A stretch of 64,000 nt of DNA, taken from assembly GCA_051294375.1 (NCBI GenBank), contig CM119264.1:29517182-29581181 (forward strand), given 5' to 3'. The translations under genes were made by a program, and so were the position numbers. A model generated the notes under the pieces. The model ran no database searches and was not told the DNA's origin. It saw only the letters and a program-made list of their open reading frames with translations. This document shows, one piece after another, positions 38,026-52,750 of this stretch (positions within the stretch are counted from its first letter, which is position 1; every line of letters begins with the position of its first letter). The DNA is from Paraspadella gotoi (lineage: Eukaryota; Animalia; Chaetognatha).

Positions 38026-39412
38026 ATCATCCCAAGTGAATGTGCTCCAAATTTGTGGAATTCCTCATAGAGTTACTCTGCCTCGCGTCCGCTTGGAATC
38101 TCGTTATGAAGGAAGGAGCTTCGTCTCGTCTCTTCGTGTAGGGAAAGACTTCCATCTGAGGAGCGAAAGGATTCCAGGCGAAGGTCCGCTGACCCCAGGC
38201 GCCTGAATCCCCGCGGAGAATCCAGGTGGGTGCCGCCTGATTGAGGAGAGTGTGAAGAGGGCGTGTGCGTGAGAAGGGGAGGGATGAGAAGGGAAGGGAG
38301 GAAAGGATCGTTGGGGAGAAGGAAGAAAATAGAAAGGAAGGAAGAGAGGAAAGTAGGATAGGAAGTCAAAATAGGAAGGAGAAAAAAACAAGTCTAAAGA
38401 GAGAAGAACTGAAATGAAGTTGAAAAATAGAAAGTATAAATACGGAAAAAAATAAAAGGAAAAAAAAGGAAAAAAACAAGAGAAAAGAAAACAAAAGAAA
38501 ACAAAATAAAGAAATAAGAGGAAGGGAAAGAAAAGAGAAAGAGAAAGAGAAATAAATTATAAAAAAAAGAAAGAAATGAAAAAAAGATAAGAAAAGAAAA
38601 GAAAAGAAAAGAAAAGAAAAGAAAAAAAAAGAAATAAAAAAAAAAGAAAACCAATGACAATAAAATAAAAGCCTCGCCAAGGATAGAGAGCGAGTGCCTT
38701 CCAAAGAAAAGCCTCGCCAAGGATAGAGAGCGAGTGCCTGCCAAAGGGAATCACCGTGATGTATCCACCCAATTTGTTGTGATCGACGAGATAAGGAATT
38801 CGCGACACGGGGTTGTCCGTCACGCGGAATCTGTGACGTCACGCCAAAAAAAGTGACGCTGATTAAATTTGGGTCATTCAGAATGACGTCATTGGGTCGA
38901 ATGGAAAAAAGACTCCATCCAAATAATGGTGGTGGTGGTGGTGGTTGTTGTTATTGTTGTTGTTGTTGTATATAAAGCACTTAGTTTTGGAGTGATGAAC
39001 CTTAGTATGAAATTGGTACAACCAATATAAGTATTTTATTTCAGTCCGCATAGCGTAATTTTATACGATGAGTTGTAATCTTATATTCTGTATTTGTACG
39101 ATTTTACGATTGTACGTAACTCCCACCGACCTGTTCCAATCCTGTGCGTACGGCATCGTTTTGTCCTGACGCGAATAACTCGAATCCATTTTAACTCCGT
39201 CGTAATGACTTATGGGTCCGAACGAGGGGTACTTGCTTGGGGGACAACCTGATCACCCGCCCCCCCAAGGAATCGAGAAAGTGAGGAGTGTCAAAGGGCG
39301 GGTAGGTTGGAGTTAAATAGGGTCATTGGCTTTGGGTGGGCGGGCGGGTGACGTCAAATGAGAGACTCGTGAAGAATTTAGTCGGTAGGGGTCACTTTGA
39401 AGGAAAAGAAGA

Positions 39413-39531
<119 letters not shown>

Positions 39532-41786
39532 GGACGGCAGTGAATCAAGTGAGGGGTAAGTGACAGTCTCGACGGCGTGAAGAAATAGAGGAAGATCAGC
39601 GAGTGAAAGACAAGAGGAGAATACTTGGCGTGAACTTTAAAAGACTTAAGTGTGAATTACGAGTCGACCTGGTGTGAACCTTGAGTTAACCTTTTGTGAA
39701 TGATGGGTTGATTCGGAGGAAAAAACCATAAAACAACGCGTGAGAAATGAGATGTGAATATCACGAGGAAATAAAGATGAAAATTGGATTTAACTACGTA
39801 TCTAAAAAATTTGGGAAAAAGTTTATGAAAGTTTAATTTAAAATAAGAAAAGCATTTCACCTTTTAATTTGTTAGGACTTAAATTTTCAAAAATAGTTGT
39901 ACATTTTTTTGTAAAAAAAATCTTACTGAAGTTGATATTTTTTTCTTATATAATTTATACATTTTTAGAATGACAGACCGACCAAAAATGTCTCTTTGAG
40001 AGGCCACATGACGCGACTAAAAAAGGATTCCAGTCACCTTGTCTGCACGGATCCGGCGGAGGCGGCCGATTCATGATCGTGTTCAATTTCAGCGCCATCT
40101 TGAAAAAAAGGGAGGAAATGGAAAATGAAGAAAAGAAATAAAAGGGAGTAAAGGAAAATGAAGACAAAGAAAAGGAAGGAAAGTAAAGAGAAGACAATAG
40201 GGAAAAGGAGGAATGGAAAATGAAGAAAAAGGGAAAAGGGAGGAAAATAAAAGGAAAACAAAAAGGAAAAGGGAGGAAATGTAATAAGTGAAGTGCAGAA
40301 AAGCAAAAAAAGAAAGAACAAATGACAAGGTGAATAGAAAAAGTGAGAAAAGAAACGGAAAAAAAATAGAGGCGGGAGAAAAGGAAAGGAAAAAAAAATT
40401 AAGATCGAAGGAAAAAAGAAAAGAAAAGAAAGGAGTCAGGGAAAAAGATAAGAAATGAAAAAAGAGAAAAGAAAAGAAAGGAGGCAGGAAAATAAAGGAG
40501 TAAAAAAAGGAAAAGAAAGAAAGCACAAAAAGAAAAGAAAGAATGCGAGTGTAAAAAATGGAGGCGAGAGAGAGGACAGGGGTAGAAAAAGAAAAGTGAA
40601 GAAGGAAATAAAAAGAAAAAAAAGGTGTCAAAGAAAAAAAAGAAAGGAGGCAAGAAAATAAAAAGAAAAAGAGAAAAGAAAAGAAAAAAATAACAGAAAG
40701 GAGTCAAAGAAAAAGAAAAAAAAAGAGGCAAGAAAAAAATGAATGCAAAAATAAAAAAAAAGAAAAGAAAAGACCCAAAGAAAAAGAAAAGAAAGGAGGC
40801 AAGAAAATAGAAAAGAAAAAAGAAAAGAGGAAAGAAAAGAAGAAAAGGAAAAAGAAAAAAAAGGGAAAAGAAAAGGGAAATGAAAAGAGAAAAGAAAAGA
40901 GGAAAGAAAAGAAGGAAAGAAAAAAAAGAGAAAGAAGTCAAAGAAAAAGAAGAGAAAGGAGGCAGGAAAAAAGAAAAGAGAAAAGAAAAGAGAAAAGATA
41001 AGAAAGGAGGCAAGAAAAAAGAAAAGAGAAAAGAAAAGAAAAAAGAAAATAGAAAATAAAAGAGAAAAGAAAAGAAAAAAGAAAATAGAAAAGAAAAGAA
41101 AGGAGGCAAGAAAAATAAAAGAGAAAAGAAAAGAGAAAAGAAAAGAGAAAAGAAAAGAAAGGAGGTAAGAAAAAAGAAAAGAGAAAAGAAAAGACAAAAG
41201 AAAAGAACGAAGGATGAAAGAAAGGAGGCAAGAAAAAAGAAAAGAGAAAAGAAAAGAAAAGAGAAAAGAAAAAGAGAAGAAACGATGATTAAACTAAAGT
41301 CTGGAATGGAAATGGGTTTTTTTTCCGTCTCTGCTTCTCGTTGGTCATCAGTCATAATTATGCGATTAGCATAAGAACGAGACGCGATCACTCTTTGCCT
41401 TTAACGTTTCCCTTCTGTTCTTTCACTCAAATTAACCTTGGAACGGTTATATACGGTTCATTTCGGTTAAACGTCAGGTGATATTAGAAAATTTTAATGA
41501 TAAATATTGATTCGATATTCGATATTCGATATTCTGATATATCGAAATTTTTGTAACAATATGCAAATAAAGGTGTTTGCTGTTTTTGTATTTTGTATGA
41601 TTTCGTAAATCTGGTTTTCTTAATTTCACGTCTCTCAGTCTGTCCGTCCGTCCGTTTGTCCACCGAAATCTTTCATCCACCAGAAACTCACAGATCTGTG
41701 ACACTTGGTCGGGTGAAAGGTTGTGAGTGAGAAAACTCGGATCACGAGAGCGCGAGACCCGAATTACTTTCTTGACGAGCCCCCAC

Positions 41787-42470
41787 GGCCTTATTTTCCA
41801 AGAACGCCCCTTTTTATCTTATATTCGGAATTTGATATTTCGTTTTTGAATCGGAATTAGGTCTAATTTTTTTTTAATTTATTAAGTAAAAGGTTAGAGT
41901 TTGGGATTTAGTTTAGGAATTTAGGTTAGGGATTTAGGTTAAGGATTTGGGTTAGGGATTTAGGTTAAGGATTTAGGTTAGGGACTAGCATTAAGGGTTG
42001 GCGGTTAGGGTTAAAAATTAGGGGTAAGAGTTAGGGTTAAGTTTCAGGATTAAGTTAGGGTTAAAATTTAAAATATGAATTTGGGTTAGGGATTGGTTAA
42101 AATCAAAAATTAAAACTAAAAAATTATGGACAAAGTGCTAAATAGGCTGAAAACTACTATCCGTAACTTCTATACCCCCTCAGCAACCATGGAAAGTGTC
42201 TTAGGCTCAGAACCAGGCTTGAAGGTTTTCCACGACCCTAAAGCGGTTTACGGCCATCCTCACACTTCCCGCAGGGCAGGTACCGGGTTAGGATTAAACC
42301 GGAAGGTCATGAGCTGATGGCTTTACTCAATGAACCACCGGGTCATAACTGAAGGGATCATGCTTATAGGCGGGGTGAACTTAGGCAATGCCCGACTATA
42401 AATTAAAAGTTAAAATTAAATTTTAGGAAAACAAACGAAAAAGAGGGGGGCACACTCGGAAAAAAGAGCC
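41787..42470 (+). mobile_element. Complete MITE with imperfect TIRs of about 24 bp and an internal degenerate TTAGGG array
   Basis: Left end GGCCTTATTTTCCAAGAACGCCCC; reverse complement of right end GGCTCTTTTTTCCGAGTGTGCCCC; telomere-like repeats at about 41890-42100. Confidence 0.75.
42127..42399 (+). mobile_element. 5'-truncated non-LTR retrotransposon 3' end (family C) nested in the MITE
   Basis: Flanked by AAATTA at 42121-42126 and 42400-42405. DKVLNRLKTTIR...MESVLGSEPG aligns with DKALRGLKSTLR...MERAQGLEPG* at 29.1 kb. Confidence 0.65.
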
Positions 42471-43779
42471 CATCCCACCCCGACATCCATTTCATCCATT
42501 TTTTGCCTGATCGTCCGTCGGCAACAAAGGACGCGATGAGTAGAACTGATATTTGGAACAACTTCTCGTCGCCTCCCAATCGTGAGAGAGGTTGGGTTGA
42601 GTGTTGACGCCCGCAGCACAACTGTCGCATTTGACTTTGGTTGGGGGGAGGATGCGGGCGGGGGGGTGGTGAGAGGATTTCCAAGTCATTTACCATGGCA
42701 ACGAAGAAAGTTTATTACGTGAGAAATAGAACGAGTTTTATTGACATAATAACACTTTGGGATGACGATAATTGACATACAAAGTATTTAGACGATGCAG
42801 AGAAAAATCAGGCGGTAAACAATATAACAAATAGTCCTTAAGGAGTTTGATGTTAGTTTCTTGAAGGTAAGTCGAAGAGTGATCTCGTTCCTTCTCTGAT
42901 TGGTCAATCAGAAGAAAAGACGGAGAAGAAAAAAGAAGGAAGCTGCTTGAGAAGGCAAGCTCTCTGATTGGTCAAGAGAGATAATCCATTCTCTGCGATG
43001 ATGATATCAGAGAAAATGAGGAAGATAATTTCCAGACATGTATGCAAACTTTTAAAATTTAGAAAGGCAAAGTATATTTTGAAATGCTATATTTATTTTT
43101 CATAGTAGTAGATACATTTTTTTACTAGAAAATTATTCTAAAAACCAACAGCGCGAACGATGTGAAAAGAGAATAGTGCATTGTGATGCAGTAATACTAG
43201 TAAAAAAAGTAAGTAAAGAAAGTAAGTAAAGAAAGTAAGTAAAGAAAGTAAGTAAGTAAAAAGAGATAAAAGATTAAAAAATCTTCACAGCGAAAGAAAA
43301 GTGAAAATAATCGAAAACATCGTAATCGGCATTTGAAAAAAAATGAGAAGAACTGGTGAAGTTCACGAATGCAGAAAGAGAGTGAAACGTGAAAAGTGAG
43401 AGTCGAAGGTCATCCGTCGTCCGTCGTCGCATCCATCACATTGTCGTCGTTCGTACGTCATCGTCTGTTGTCGTTCGTCGTCGTATCATCATCATTGTCG
43501 TCGTCCGTAGCTCATCGTCTTTTGTCGTCCGTCGTCATCATCATCATTGTCGTCGCGTCCATCTCGTCGTAGTCATCGTCTTGTCGTCGTCGTCATCATC
43601 ATCATTTGTGTCGTCGTCGTAGTCTCGACGTCTTGTCGTCGTCGTCATCATCATCATTGTCGTCGTCGTCATCATCATCATTGTCGTCGTCGTCGTCCAT
43701 CGTCGTCGTATCATCACATCGTCGTTTGTCGTCGTCATCTGTCGATCCACACGTTGTCCGTCGTCGTCCATCCGTCGTC

Positions 43780-43958
43780 GTTCGTCATCATCTTCATTGT
43801 CGTCGTCGTCGTGATGCTCGTCTCGTCTCTTCTTGGTTTTCGATTCACAGAATTTAAAATCTTCAACCGAAATTTAATCAAATTTCACAAAAACCCTACT
43901 CTGTCTTCGCATAGCCTATTTTCAAAATCAAAACGTCTCCTCTCTCTCTCTCTCTCTC

Positions 43959-44035
<77 letters not shown>

Positions 44036-44738
44036 CTTTTCACCCGTTTTCCATTTTTTCCAATTTTAATTCAAGAAATATCAAATGGAATTTTTCAACT
44101 CGGAGACTTTGGGAAAAAACAAAAGAAATATATGTATAAAACAAAAAATGGTTATGCTTTTTTACTGGGACTTTAAAACGTTCAAAATAGTAAATCCAGA
44201 ATAAGTTCAGCAATAAATCTTTCGATAGAGTTTTGCAAATTTCGTTTCACAAGATAAGATCGCAGAAATAATGTAAATACGTGAAAGAATAGAATCTCAC
44301 AGAGTGGAAAAATTGGCGGACAGGGTGAGACTTTCACAAAAGCGTAAAGTTGGGTCCAGCTTCGTTATAACTTGAAAGAAAGAATGAGGCCCAACAAACG
44401 CCAAAGTTTGTTCCCAAAGTGTGTCCCAAAGTGTGTCCATAGTATGTCCACAAAGTTTATATCCAAAGTGGGAGAGAAGGTCGTTTTTATGCTAATTAAA
44501 AGAAAGTGTTTACATTGGCTCTAACAATTTGACGTATTCAAGCTTTGGATTTTCGATATGATTCGCGCCAAACTTGCTTTTGCCCCAAAACAAACAAAGA
44601 GAAAAATAACCAGAGAAGACAAACTTGAGGGACGACTCAGAGGCTCAGTCAACACCATAAAGGTCTTGAGAAAAACAGGGACGAAAGAGTGGCTTTGCTC
44701 ATTGTGGAAATATGATGGGCGATAAAGGAGCAGAGAGA

Positions 44739-44806
<68 letters not shown>

Positions 44807-44896
44807 ATTAGAAAATTCCGCGAAAAGTCAACTCATCAAAAAAAAATCTTGCTTGAAAGCAAAAGGACGTCTGGTGCCATAATTACGAGGGAGGCA

Positions 44897-44927
<31 letters not shown>

Positions 44928-45619
44928 AGAGAGAATGATATGTCAAAGGATGGAAGATGAAATGTTTCAGACGTAATTCACCATGAAATGTTCCTCTTCA
45001 AATTCAATTCATTGGTTTGATTTGTCTTTCTCACAAACTCGGTTTTTAAACTCCGAAAAAAATCATTACCCAACAAAAATATGTTCACAAAAAAAAAAGA
45101 TGTAATTATAGCAAAGAGCAATAAAACAGCCTTAGGACGACTAGGCGACGTTTATATATATAATCCATAAATAACATTAACAAAAGGAGCCAACGCAGCG
45201 AATTAAAAAGAGCTGGAAATCTCTTAATCGCCAAGAGGAAAACGTCTTTAGCTTCGAAGACCTTGAGTCGAACGCCCTTCCAAAAAAAATATTCCACTGA
45301 AAAACTCACGCAGAGCATTTTAGTTGTTTTTTTTTTTACTTCACATTTAATGATTTTTTTTTCTTCTATTGTATTTTTTTTCCGATCGAAAAAGAAGATA
45401 AGGCCGCTCAGAAGTTTGTTTTAGTGAGTTTTTTAAAAGTGACTTTCCAATTCCAACCGTGAATGAACTTGTTGTGAAAGGCCGTTGTGAAACGATTGCG
45501 ATAAAATCAAGCTTTCCTCTCTCAATCTCCTCTCTCTCTCTCTCTCATCTCTCTCAGCTTCTGTCTCTCTCTCCTCTCTCTCTCTAGTCTCTCTCTCTCT
45601 GTCTTCTCTCTCCCTCTCA

Positions 45620-45651
<32 letters not shown>

Positions 45652-47462
45652 CAAAACTCTTTTCTCTCTCTCTCATCAACCTTGAAAACGCTCTTCAGTC
45701 TGCCACTTCTCATTCATTTCTTCTCATTCTTCTAAAATCCCCACAATTGCAATTCTGCTTGAACTTCTCTCCACTCAATTGCCAGGAAGGCGTCTCAGTG
45801 TGGGCGGATTGCAAGGTGACCCTTCGTCTTTGGTTGGGCCAATGGATGCAGTAGATAGGGTAGGTAAATTGCAATCAAGGGTGGTGAAATGGAAATTGTT
45901 AAAAATAAAAGGGTGGAAAAGACAAAATTGGGAATCGTCAGGAATTTCGTATTTTTTTGAGGAAAGTTGATGTGATGCTGATGTTGATGTTGATCGGTTG
46001 ATGTTGATGTTAAGGTTGATCGTCAAAGTTGGGATTTCATTTATTATGTTTGTTCTTTCTTTTATCTTCATATTTCCTTTTGTTAGGTTTTTTTTTTCTT
46101 TGTTTATTTTTTATGTTTTTATTTTTGGCACAAATGAAAAGCTACCCTTTTCATTTCCTAATCCTGGAACTTAGTTTTTTTTATTGAAAGATGTAACTCT
46201 AAATATTTTACCATAACTTTTTTTAACTTACTCCTAACCTAATTTTGATACTATTTTCCCTGAGAAGCGTCTATTTAGATTTATAATCCATACATATAAT
46301 CTTAAATCTAATATTTACTTAATTTTAAGTTTGATATGGGGCGCTTTAAAAAAAGGCCCTTATCCTATCTCTAACCTTTTTTATTTATTTTTAAATCTTA
46401 AAAAGTAACCGAATTCTGAGTTTAAACTAGAACGGGGCGCGATTGGAAAACATGGCCCTCGTTTTTGTGGCTCTCTTCCTTTTTTCTTCTTTTGTTTTTT
46501 TATTTCATTTTTTTTTTTTTTTATCCAGGAAGAAATCCTCAATCAGAAAATGAGGCCGTTTGATTTCTCTTGTTTTCCGAATCGCAATTGTTTTGTCTGA
46601 CGCTTTTTCCGTCTTACTAAGCCGCCCGACGACGACGAGACGACGAACGACGACAATCGACGTTTTAAAAAATTGGGGTCATTGAAACGTCTCAAAACGA
46701 CAGGGCAAGTCGAGAGAAAAATGACAGACGACGGACGACGACGACGAAAATATTTCTTGGGAAAACTTTCACGTGGAACTGCGACAATTAATGAGGAGAG
46801 AGAGGGAGAGAGAGAGAGGAGAGAGAATTTGGTTTTATCTTCCATCTGCCCTCAATCTCTTCAGATAATTTCCTTACGCCCTTTCTCGTTCCAATCTAAT
46901 TCTTTTTTTTTCGTTTGTCTTTTTCTCTCTTCTTTTCTTTTCTTTCATTTCTTTCTTCTCTTGCTTCTTTTCCTCTTTTCTCTTTTTTTTTCTTTTCTTT
47001 CCTTTTCTTTCGTTTCCTTTCTTTCCTCTTTTTTTTTTTCCCTTTCTTTTCTTTATTCTTTTCTTGTTCCTTCTTTTTCTTTTCTTTCTTTTCCTTCTTT
47101 TCTTTTTCTTTTCTTTTCTCTTTTCCTTTTCTTTTTTTTTTTTCCCTCGTCTTTCTTGGTAAATTATCTTTCTTTTTCTTTTTTTGCTGTCTAATATTTT
47201 TTAATTCTTTGTCTTTTCTTTCTTTACTTTTCCTTTCTAATATTTCCAACTGTTTCCTACTTATATTGTATAATCTTCCTATTTTTGACCTAAATATTTT
47301 TTTTATTACTTCTTCTTGTCAGAAATTATCTATCTGAAGTGTTTATTCATTTCACTTCATGCCTTTTCAATGTTTACCCCAATTTTTTTTTTTTTTTTCT
47401 TTTCTTCTTCTTTTTTTTTTTCATTTCCTTGTTCTCTCTTTTTTTTTTAGTTTAGCAATGTT

Positions 47463-47499
<37 letters not shown>

Positions 47500-50400
47500 C
47501 TCTCTCTCTCCTCTCCCTCCTCTCTCTCTCCTCTCCTGAATCGTTTCAACGGTCGGTAATGTTCAGGTACCTTGAGGCCTTCGTAGCGGGATACTGAGTA
47601 AGTCCATTCTTTTTACAACTTAATGTTCACGTTTCGAAAGAATAATAAAAAAGGAAAATAAAAATATAATACAAAAAAAAAAGAAAACTTTGTCTCATTC
47701 GATGTATAGTTAAACTTTAGGCCTCATTTTTATAAGATGAAATTAATAACAACGGGAGATACTCTGAATGATTTTTTGAAGAGTTGTTCAATATTTTCCC
47801 GTCCCGATTTTTTAAAAATCTTCCGTGAAATTTATCCCAAAATTAGGAATCTGGAATTTCACAAAATCGTCGGCGCCAACGACGGCACATTCTCTCTGGT
47901 CCAATCACATTAAAGCGAGGACCGTGAAATTTTGTGGCGATGATCCACATCACAAACCAACGGGGGGTGATCAGGTGAAATATAAAAGTCGTAAATCAAA
48001 ACAAAAGCGGAAAAAACGAAAAATCGGTCAATTTAGGAAGAAATGTGAACAACAACGACGTCGTGAACCAAAAACAATATTCACGTGAAGTGAGGCGCTT
48101 GTTTTGTGAAAAGAGGACTTACCTGACCGCGGTGAATCCAAGAGAAGAGAATGCGTGAAAGAAAATACTAAAAAGAAAAAGGATTAAATTAACTGGTTAA
48201 TCAATTCAGCATAAATATATAAATTAGTATAATAAGTTAATAAATCAAGTATATGCAGTAGATGGATTGATTTAACAATGATAAGCATGTGTATTNNNNN
48301 NNNNNNNNNNNNNNNNNNNNCGTCGTCGTCGTCATCATCTTCATTGTCGTCGTCGTCGTGATGCTCGTCTCGTCTCTTCGTTTTCGATTCACAGAATTTA
48401 AAATCTTCAACCGAAAATTTAATCAAATNNNNNNNNNNNNNNNNNNNNNNNNNNNNNNNNNNNNNNNNNNNNNNNNNNNNNNNNNNNNNNNNNNNNNNNN
48501 NNNNNNNNNNNNNNNNNNNNNNNNNNNNNNNNNNNNNNNNNNNNNNNNNNNNNNNNNNNNNNNNNNNNNNNNNNNNNNNNNNNNNNNNNNNNNNNNNNNN
48601 NNNNNNNNNNNNNNNNNNNNNNNNNNNNNNNNNNNNNNNNNNNNNNNNNNNNNNTTAATTCAAGAAATATCAAATGGAATTTTTTTCACTCGAGACTTTT
48701 GGGGAAAAAACAAAGAAATATATGTAATAAAACAAAAAATGGTTATGCTTTTTTACTGGGACTTTTAAAACGTTCAAAATAGTAAATCCAGAATTAAGTT
48801 CAGCAATAATCATTTCGATAGAGTTTGCAAATTTCGTTTCACAAGAGTAAGATCGCCAAGATAAGTAAATCGTGAAAGATAGAATCTTCACAGAGTGGAA
48901 AATGGCGGAAGGTGAACTTTCACAAAGCGTAAAGTTGGGTCCAGCTTCGTTATTAACTTGAAAGAAAGAATGAGGCCAACAAACGCCAAAGTTTGTCCAA
49001 AGTGTGTCCAAAGTGTGTCCATAGTATGTCCAAAGTTTATCCAAAGTGGGGAGAGAAGGTCGTTTATTAATCTAATTAAAAGAAAGTGTTACATTGGCTC
49101 TAACAATTTGATCGTATTCAAGCTTTGGAATTTTCGATATGATTCGCGCCAAACTTGCTTTGTCCCAAAACAAACAAAAGAGAAAAATAAACAAGAGAAA
49201 CAAACTTGAGGGACGGACTCAGGGAGCTCAGTCAACACCATTAAGGTCTTGAGAAAACAGGGACGAAAGAGTGGCTTTGCTCATTGTAAGAAGAGAATCA
49301 TAATTAACGACGAGGGAGGCAAGAGAGAGAGAGAGAGAGAGAAGAGAGAGACGAGAAGAGAGAAGAGGAGAGGAGAGAGAGAGAGAGANNNNNNNNNNNN
49401 NNNNNNNNNNNNNNNNNNNNNNNNNNNNNNNNNNNNNNNNNNNNNNNNNNNNNNNNNNNNNNNNNNNNNNNNNNNNNNNNNNNNNNNNNNNNNNNNNNNN
49501 NNNNNNNNNNNNNNNNNNNNNNNNNNNNNNNNNNNNNNNNNNNNNNNNNNNNNGAGAGAGAGAGAATATATGTCAAGGATGAAGATGAATGTTTCAGACG
49601 TAATTCACCATGAATGTTCCCTCTTCAAATTCATTCATTGTTTGATTTGTCTCTCACAAACTCGTTTTTAAATCCGAATAAAATCATTTACCCCAACAAA
49701 AATATGTTTCCAAAAAAAAAAGATGTAATTATACAAAGCAATAAAATCAGCTAGGACGACTAGGCGACGTTTTTATATATAATCCATAAATAACATTAAC
49801 AAAAAGGAGCCAACGTCCCGAATTAAAAGAGCTGGAAATTCTTAATCGCCAAAGAGGAAAACGTTTTAGCTCGAGACCTTGAGTCGAACGCCCTTCAAAA
49901 AAAAATATTCCACCTTGAAAAACTCACGCAAGCATTTTTAGTTTGTTTTTTTTTTACTTCACCAATTTAATGATTTTTTTTTCTTCTAGTATTTTTTTTC
50001 GATCGAAAAAGAAAGATAAGGCGCTCAGAAGTTTGTTTTAATTAGTTTTTAAAAGTGAATTTCCAATTCAACCGTGAATGAACTTGTTGTGAAAGCGTTG
50101 TGAAACGATTGCGATAAAATCAAGCTTTCCTCTCTCTCTCCCTCTCTCTCTCTCTCTCTCACCTTGAAACGCTCCTTCAGTCCTCCACTTCTCATTCTTT
50201 CTTCTCATTTCTTCTAAAATCCCCACATTGCAATTCTGCTTGACTTCTCTCCACTCATCCAGGAGGCGTCTAGTGTGGGCGGGATTGCAAGGGTGACCCT
50301 TCGTCTTTGTTGGCCAATGGATGCAGTAGAAGGGTAGGTATTGCACAAGGGTGGTGAAGGAAATTGTTAAAATAAAAGGGTGGAAAAGACAAAATTGGGA

Positions 50401-51962
50401 ATCGTCAGGAATTTCGTATTTTTTGAGGAAAGTTTGATGTTGATGCTGATGTTGATGTTGATGGTTGATGTTGATGTTAAGGTTGATGTTAAAGTTTGGA
50501 TTTCATTTATTATGTTTGTTTCTTTCTTTTTTTATCTTCATATTTTTCCTTTTGTAGGTTTTTTTTTTCTTTTGTTTTATTTTTTATTTTTATTTTTGGC
50601 ACAAATGAAAAGCTACCCTTTTCATTTCCTAATCCTGGGAACTTAGTTTTTATTGAAAGATGTAACTCTAATATTTTACCATAACTTTTTTTTAACTTAC
50701 TCTCTAACTTAATTTTGATACTATTTTCTGAGAGCGTCCTATTTAGATTTATAATCCATACATATAATCTTAAATCTAATATTTAGCTTTAATTTAAGTT
50801 GATATGGGGCGCTTTTAGAAAAAAGGGCCCTTATCCCTATCTCTAACCTTTTATTTATTTTTAAATCTTTAAAAGTAACCGAATTCTGAGTTTAAACTAG
50901 AACGGGGCGCGATTGGAAAACATGGCCTCGTTTTTTGTGCCTCTCTTCCCTTTTTTCTCTTTTGTTTTTATTTCATTTTTTTTTTTTTTTTAATCAGGAA
51001 GAATCCTCATCAGAAAATGAGGCCGTTGATTTCTCTTGTTTTTCCGATCGCAATTGTTTTGTCTGACGGCTTCTGTTTCTTACTAAGCCGCCGACGACGA
51101 CGAAGACGACGACGACGACAACGACGTTTTAAAATGGGGTCATTGAACGTCTCAACGACAGGGCAAGTCGAGAGAACAAAATGACGACGACGACGACGAC
51201 GACGAAAATATTTTCTTGGAAAACTTTCACGTTGGAACTGCGACAATTAATGAGAGAGAGAGGGAGAGAGAGAGAGAGAGAGAGAATTTGGGTTTTATCT
51301 TCCATCTGCCCTCATCTCTTCAGATAATTTCCTTACCCTTTCTCGTTCCAATCTAATTCTTTTTTTTCGTTTTGTCTTTTTCTTCTCTTTTCTTTTCNNN
51401 NNNNNNNTTTTTTTTCGTTTTGTCTTCTTCTTCTCTTTTCTTTTCTTTTCTTTTCATTTCTTTTCTTCTCTTGCTTCTTTTCCTCTTTTCTCTTTTTTTT
51501 CTTTTCTTTCCTTCTCATTTCTTTACCTTTCTTTTCCTCTTTTTTCTTTTCTTTTCTTTTCTTTTCTTTTCTTTTCTTTTCTTTTCTTTTCTTTTCTTTT
51601 CTTTTCTTTTCTTTTCTTTTCTTTTCTTTTCTCTCTTTTCTTTGGTAAATTATCTTTCTTTTTCTTTTTTTGCTGTCTAATATTTTTTTTATTTCTTTCT
51701 TTTCTTTCTTTACTTTTCCTTTTCTAATATTTCAACTGTTTCCTACTTTATATTTTATATCTTCCTATTTTTTGCACCTAAATATTTTTTTTTATTACTT
51801 CTTGTCAGAAATTATCTTATCTGAAGTGTTTATTCATTTCACTTCATGTCCTTTTCAATGTTTTTTATCCAATTTTTTTTTCTTTTCTTTTCTTCTTTTT
51901 TTTTCATTTCCTTTGTTCTCTCTTTTTTTTTCGTTGCAATGGTTCTCTCTCTCTCTCTCTCT

Positions 51963-52012
<50 letters not shown>

Positions 52013-52750
52013 CGTTCACACGGTCGGTAATGTTCCAGGTACCTTGAGGCAGTCGTAGCGGGGATCTGAGTAGTCCATTCTTTACAACTTAATGTTCAAC
52101 CGTCGAAAGAAAAAAAAAGGAAAATAAAAAATATAATACAAAAAAAAAGAAAACTTTGTCTCATTCGATGTATAGTTAAACTTTAGGCCTCATTTTTATA
52201 ATGATGAAATTAATACAACGGGAGATACTCTGATGATTTTTTGAAGAGTTCAATATTTTTCCGTCCCGATTTTTTAAAAATTCTTCGTGAAATTTAATCC
52301 CAAAATTAGGAAATCTGGAATTCACAAATCGTCGGCGCCAACCGACGTCACATTCTCTGGTTTCCAAATCACATTAAAGCGAAGGACCGTGAATTTTGTG
52401 GCGATGATCACTCACACCACGGGGGTGATCAGGTGAAATATAAAAGTCGTAAATTCAAAACAAAAGAGGAAAAAACGAAAATCGGTCACATTTAGGAAGA
52501 AAATGAAACAACAACCGACGTCGTGAACCAAAACAATATTCACGTGAAGTGAGGCGCTTGTTTTTGTGAGAGTGACTTACCTGCCGCGGGTGAAATCCAA
52601 GAGAGAGAAAGCGTGAAAGAAAATATAAAAAGAAAAAGGATTAAATTAACTGTTTAATCAATTCACATAAATAAGTATAAATTTAGTATAAATAAGTATA
52701 AATTCAGTATATGCAGTAGATGGATCTGATTTACAATGATACAGTGTATT
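43780..52750. repeat. Direct duplication of about 4.5 kb (about 43780-48295 versus 48321-52750) across a 25-N gap; probable assembly artefact
   Basis: Colinear copies differing mostly by single-base indels; the junction is exactly at the N run 48296-48320. Confidence 0.85.

Noticed and set aside
40089-41391. Long Phe/Leu/Ser- or Lys/Arg/Glu-rich ORFs here and at 25, 31, 35.5, 47 and 62.5 kb
   Set aside because: Translations of purine/pyrimidine low-complexity tracts.
43780-52750. 4.5-kb tandem segmental duplication
   Set aside because: The junction is at a 25-N gap and the differences look like long-read errors.
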